A DNA stretch of 64,000 nucleotides. Origin: Squalus acanthias. Lineage: Eukaryota. The notes beneath the pieces were generated by a model. The model ran no database searches. It had not been told where the DNA came from and worked only from the letters and a program-made list of their open reading frames with translations. Within the stretch, counting starts at the first letter, position 1. Every line of letters starts with the position of its first letter. The DNA lies in assembly GCA_030390025.1 (NCBI GenBank), contig CM059429.1:39990001-40054000 (forward strand), written 5' to 3'. Shown here piece after piece: positions 62,330 to 64,000 of this stretch. The translations under genes and the position numbers were made by a program.

Positions 62330-64000
62330 AGTAGTGTAGTGGTAATGTCACTGGGCTAGTAATCCAGAGGCCTGAGGTGTGTAGATCAAATCCCACCACG
62401 GCAGCTGGGGAATTTAAATTCAATTAATTAAATCTGGAATAATTACTAGTATCAGTAATGGTACCCATGAAACTATCAGATTGTCATAAAAACCCATCTG
62501 ATTCACTAATGTCCTTTAGGGAAGGAAATCTGCTGTCCTTACCCGGTCTGGCCTATATGTGGCTCCAGACCCACAGCAATGTGGCTAACTCTTACCTGGC
62601 CTCTAGAAATGGCCTAGCAAGCCACTCAGTTATAACAAACCGCTACGAAAAAGAATGAAACCAGACGGACCACCTGGCACTGGCTACGGACACGGCACAC
62701 CCAGCCCAGTCAACCCTGCAAAGTCCTCCTCACCAATATCTGGGGACTTGTGCCAAAATTGGGAGAGCTGTCCCACAGACTAGTCAAGCAACAGCCTGAC
62801 ATAGTCATACTCACAAAATCATACCTTTCAGCCAATGTCCCAAACTCCTCCATCTCCATCCCTGGGTATGTCCTGTCCTGTCCCACTGGCAGGACAGACC
62901 CACAAGGGGTGGTGGCACAGTGGCCCTGGGAGTCCTCAACATTGACTCTGGATGCCATGAAGTCTCATGGCTTCAGGTCAAGCATGGGCAAGGAAACCTC
63001 CTGCTGATCACTACCTACCGCCCTCCCTCAGCTGATGAATCGGTGCTCCTCCATGTTGAACACCACTTGGAAGAAGCGCTGAAAGTAGCAAGGGTACAGA
63101 ATGTACTCTGGGTGAGGGACTTCAATGTCCATCACCAAGAGTGGCTCAGTAGCACCACTACTGGGTGAGTCCTGAAGGACATAACTGCCGGTCTGGGCCT
63201 CCGACAGGTGGTTAGAGAACCAACATGAGGGAAAAACCTACTTGACCTCATCCTCACCAATCTACCTGTCGCAGATCCATCTGTCCATGACAGTATTGGT
63301 AGCAGTGACCACCGGACAGTCATTGTGGAGACGAAGTCCCGTCTTCACACTGAGGACACCCTCCATCGTGTTGTGTGGCACTACCACCGTGCTAAATGGG
63401 ATAGATTCGGAACAGATCTAGCAGCTCAAAACTGGGCATCCATGAGGCGCTGTGGGCCATCAGCAGCAGCAGAATTGTATTCCACCACAATCTGTAACCT
63501 CATGGCTTGGCATATCCCTCACATTACCATCAAGTCAGGGGACCAACCCTGGTTCAATAAGGAGTGTAGAAGAGCATGCCAGGAGCAGCACCAGGAATAC
63601 CTAAAAAGGAGGTGCCAACCTGGGGAAGCTGCAATGCAGGCTAAAAAGCGGAAGCAGCATGCTGTAGACAGGGCTAAGCGATCCCACAAGCAACGAATCA
63701 GATCAAAGCTCTGCAGTCCTGCCACATCCAGTCGTGAATGATGGTAAACCATTAAACAACTCACGGGGGGGAGGAGGAGGCTCCATGAATATCCCCATCC
63801 TCAATGATGGTGGAGCCCAGCACATGAGTGCAAAAGACAAGGCTGAAGCGTTTGCAACCATCTTCAGCCAGAAGTGTCGAGTGGATGATCCATATCGGCC
63901 TACTCCTGAGGTCACCACCATCACAGAAGCCAGTCATCAGCCAATTCGATTCACTCCATGTGATATCAAGAAGCGGCTGGGCGCACTGGATACAGCAAAG
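62330..64000 (+). mobile_element. 5' part of a Zenon-like LINE with a tRNA-like head; APE domain and linker, disrupted; runs off the window end
   Basis: TAGTGTAGTGG A box, CTGGG-CTAGTAA-TCCAG anticodon arm and degenerate B box AGATCAAATCC; then LTNIWGL, DIVILT, YRPP, DFNVHH, LDLILTN and SDH. The end overlaps in homology with 52440-52614. Confidence 0.88.

Overview
Eukaryotic, AT-rich and repeat-dense vertebrate genomic DNA, very probably from a cartilaginous fish (shark/ray). The repeat content supports this: an HE1-type V-SINE, Deu-domain SacSINE1-like SINEs and HER1/CR1 LINEs. I found no intact, recognisable host protein-coding gene. Mobile DNA dominates the window. It holds a full-length but disabled PIF/Harbinger transposon (transposase plus a spliced Myb/SANT gene), an internally deleted derivative and about 10 Harbinger-type MITEs with 3-bp TSDs. 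It also holds a hAT MITE with an 8-bp TSD, many CR1 LINE fragments (one with an uninterrupted APE-RT ORF2), a second Zenon-like CR1-group LINE family (one copy starts with a tRNA-like head), an L2 fragment, two Penelope-type fragments with minimal hammerhead ribozyme motifs, and one assembly gap. The most notable non-TE signal is a minus-strand, apparently three-exon relic of a CISD2/NEET-like gene at about 1.9-5.4 kb: a TM anchor plus a CRCW...CDGSH motif, with two in-frame TAG stops. Other points of interest: a U_UUA_AAC slippery heptamer joining CR1 ORF1 to an AUG-less ORF2, and a CRE-like palindrome at a fixed distance from Harbinger termini. All calls come from reading by eye. Family names are from recalled consensus sequences and were not searched against databases.
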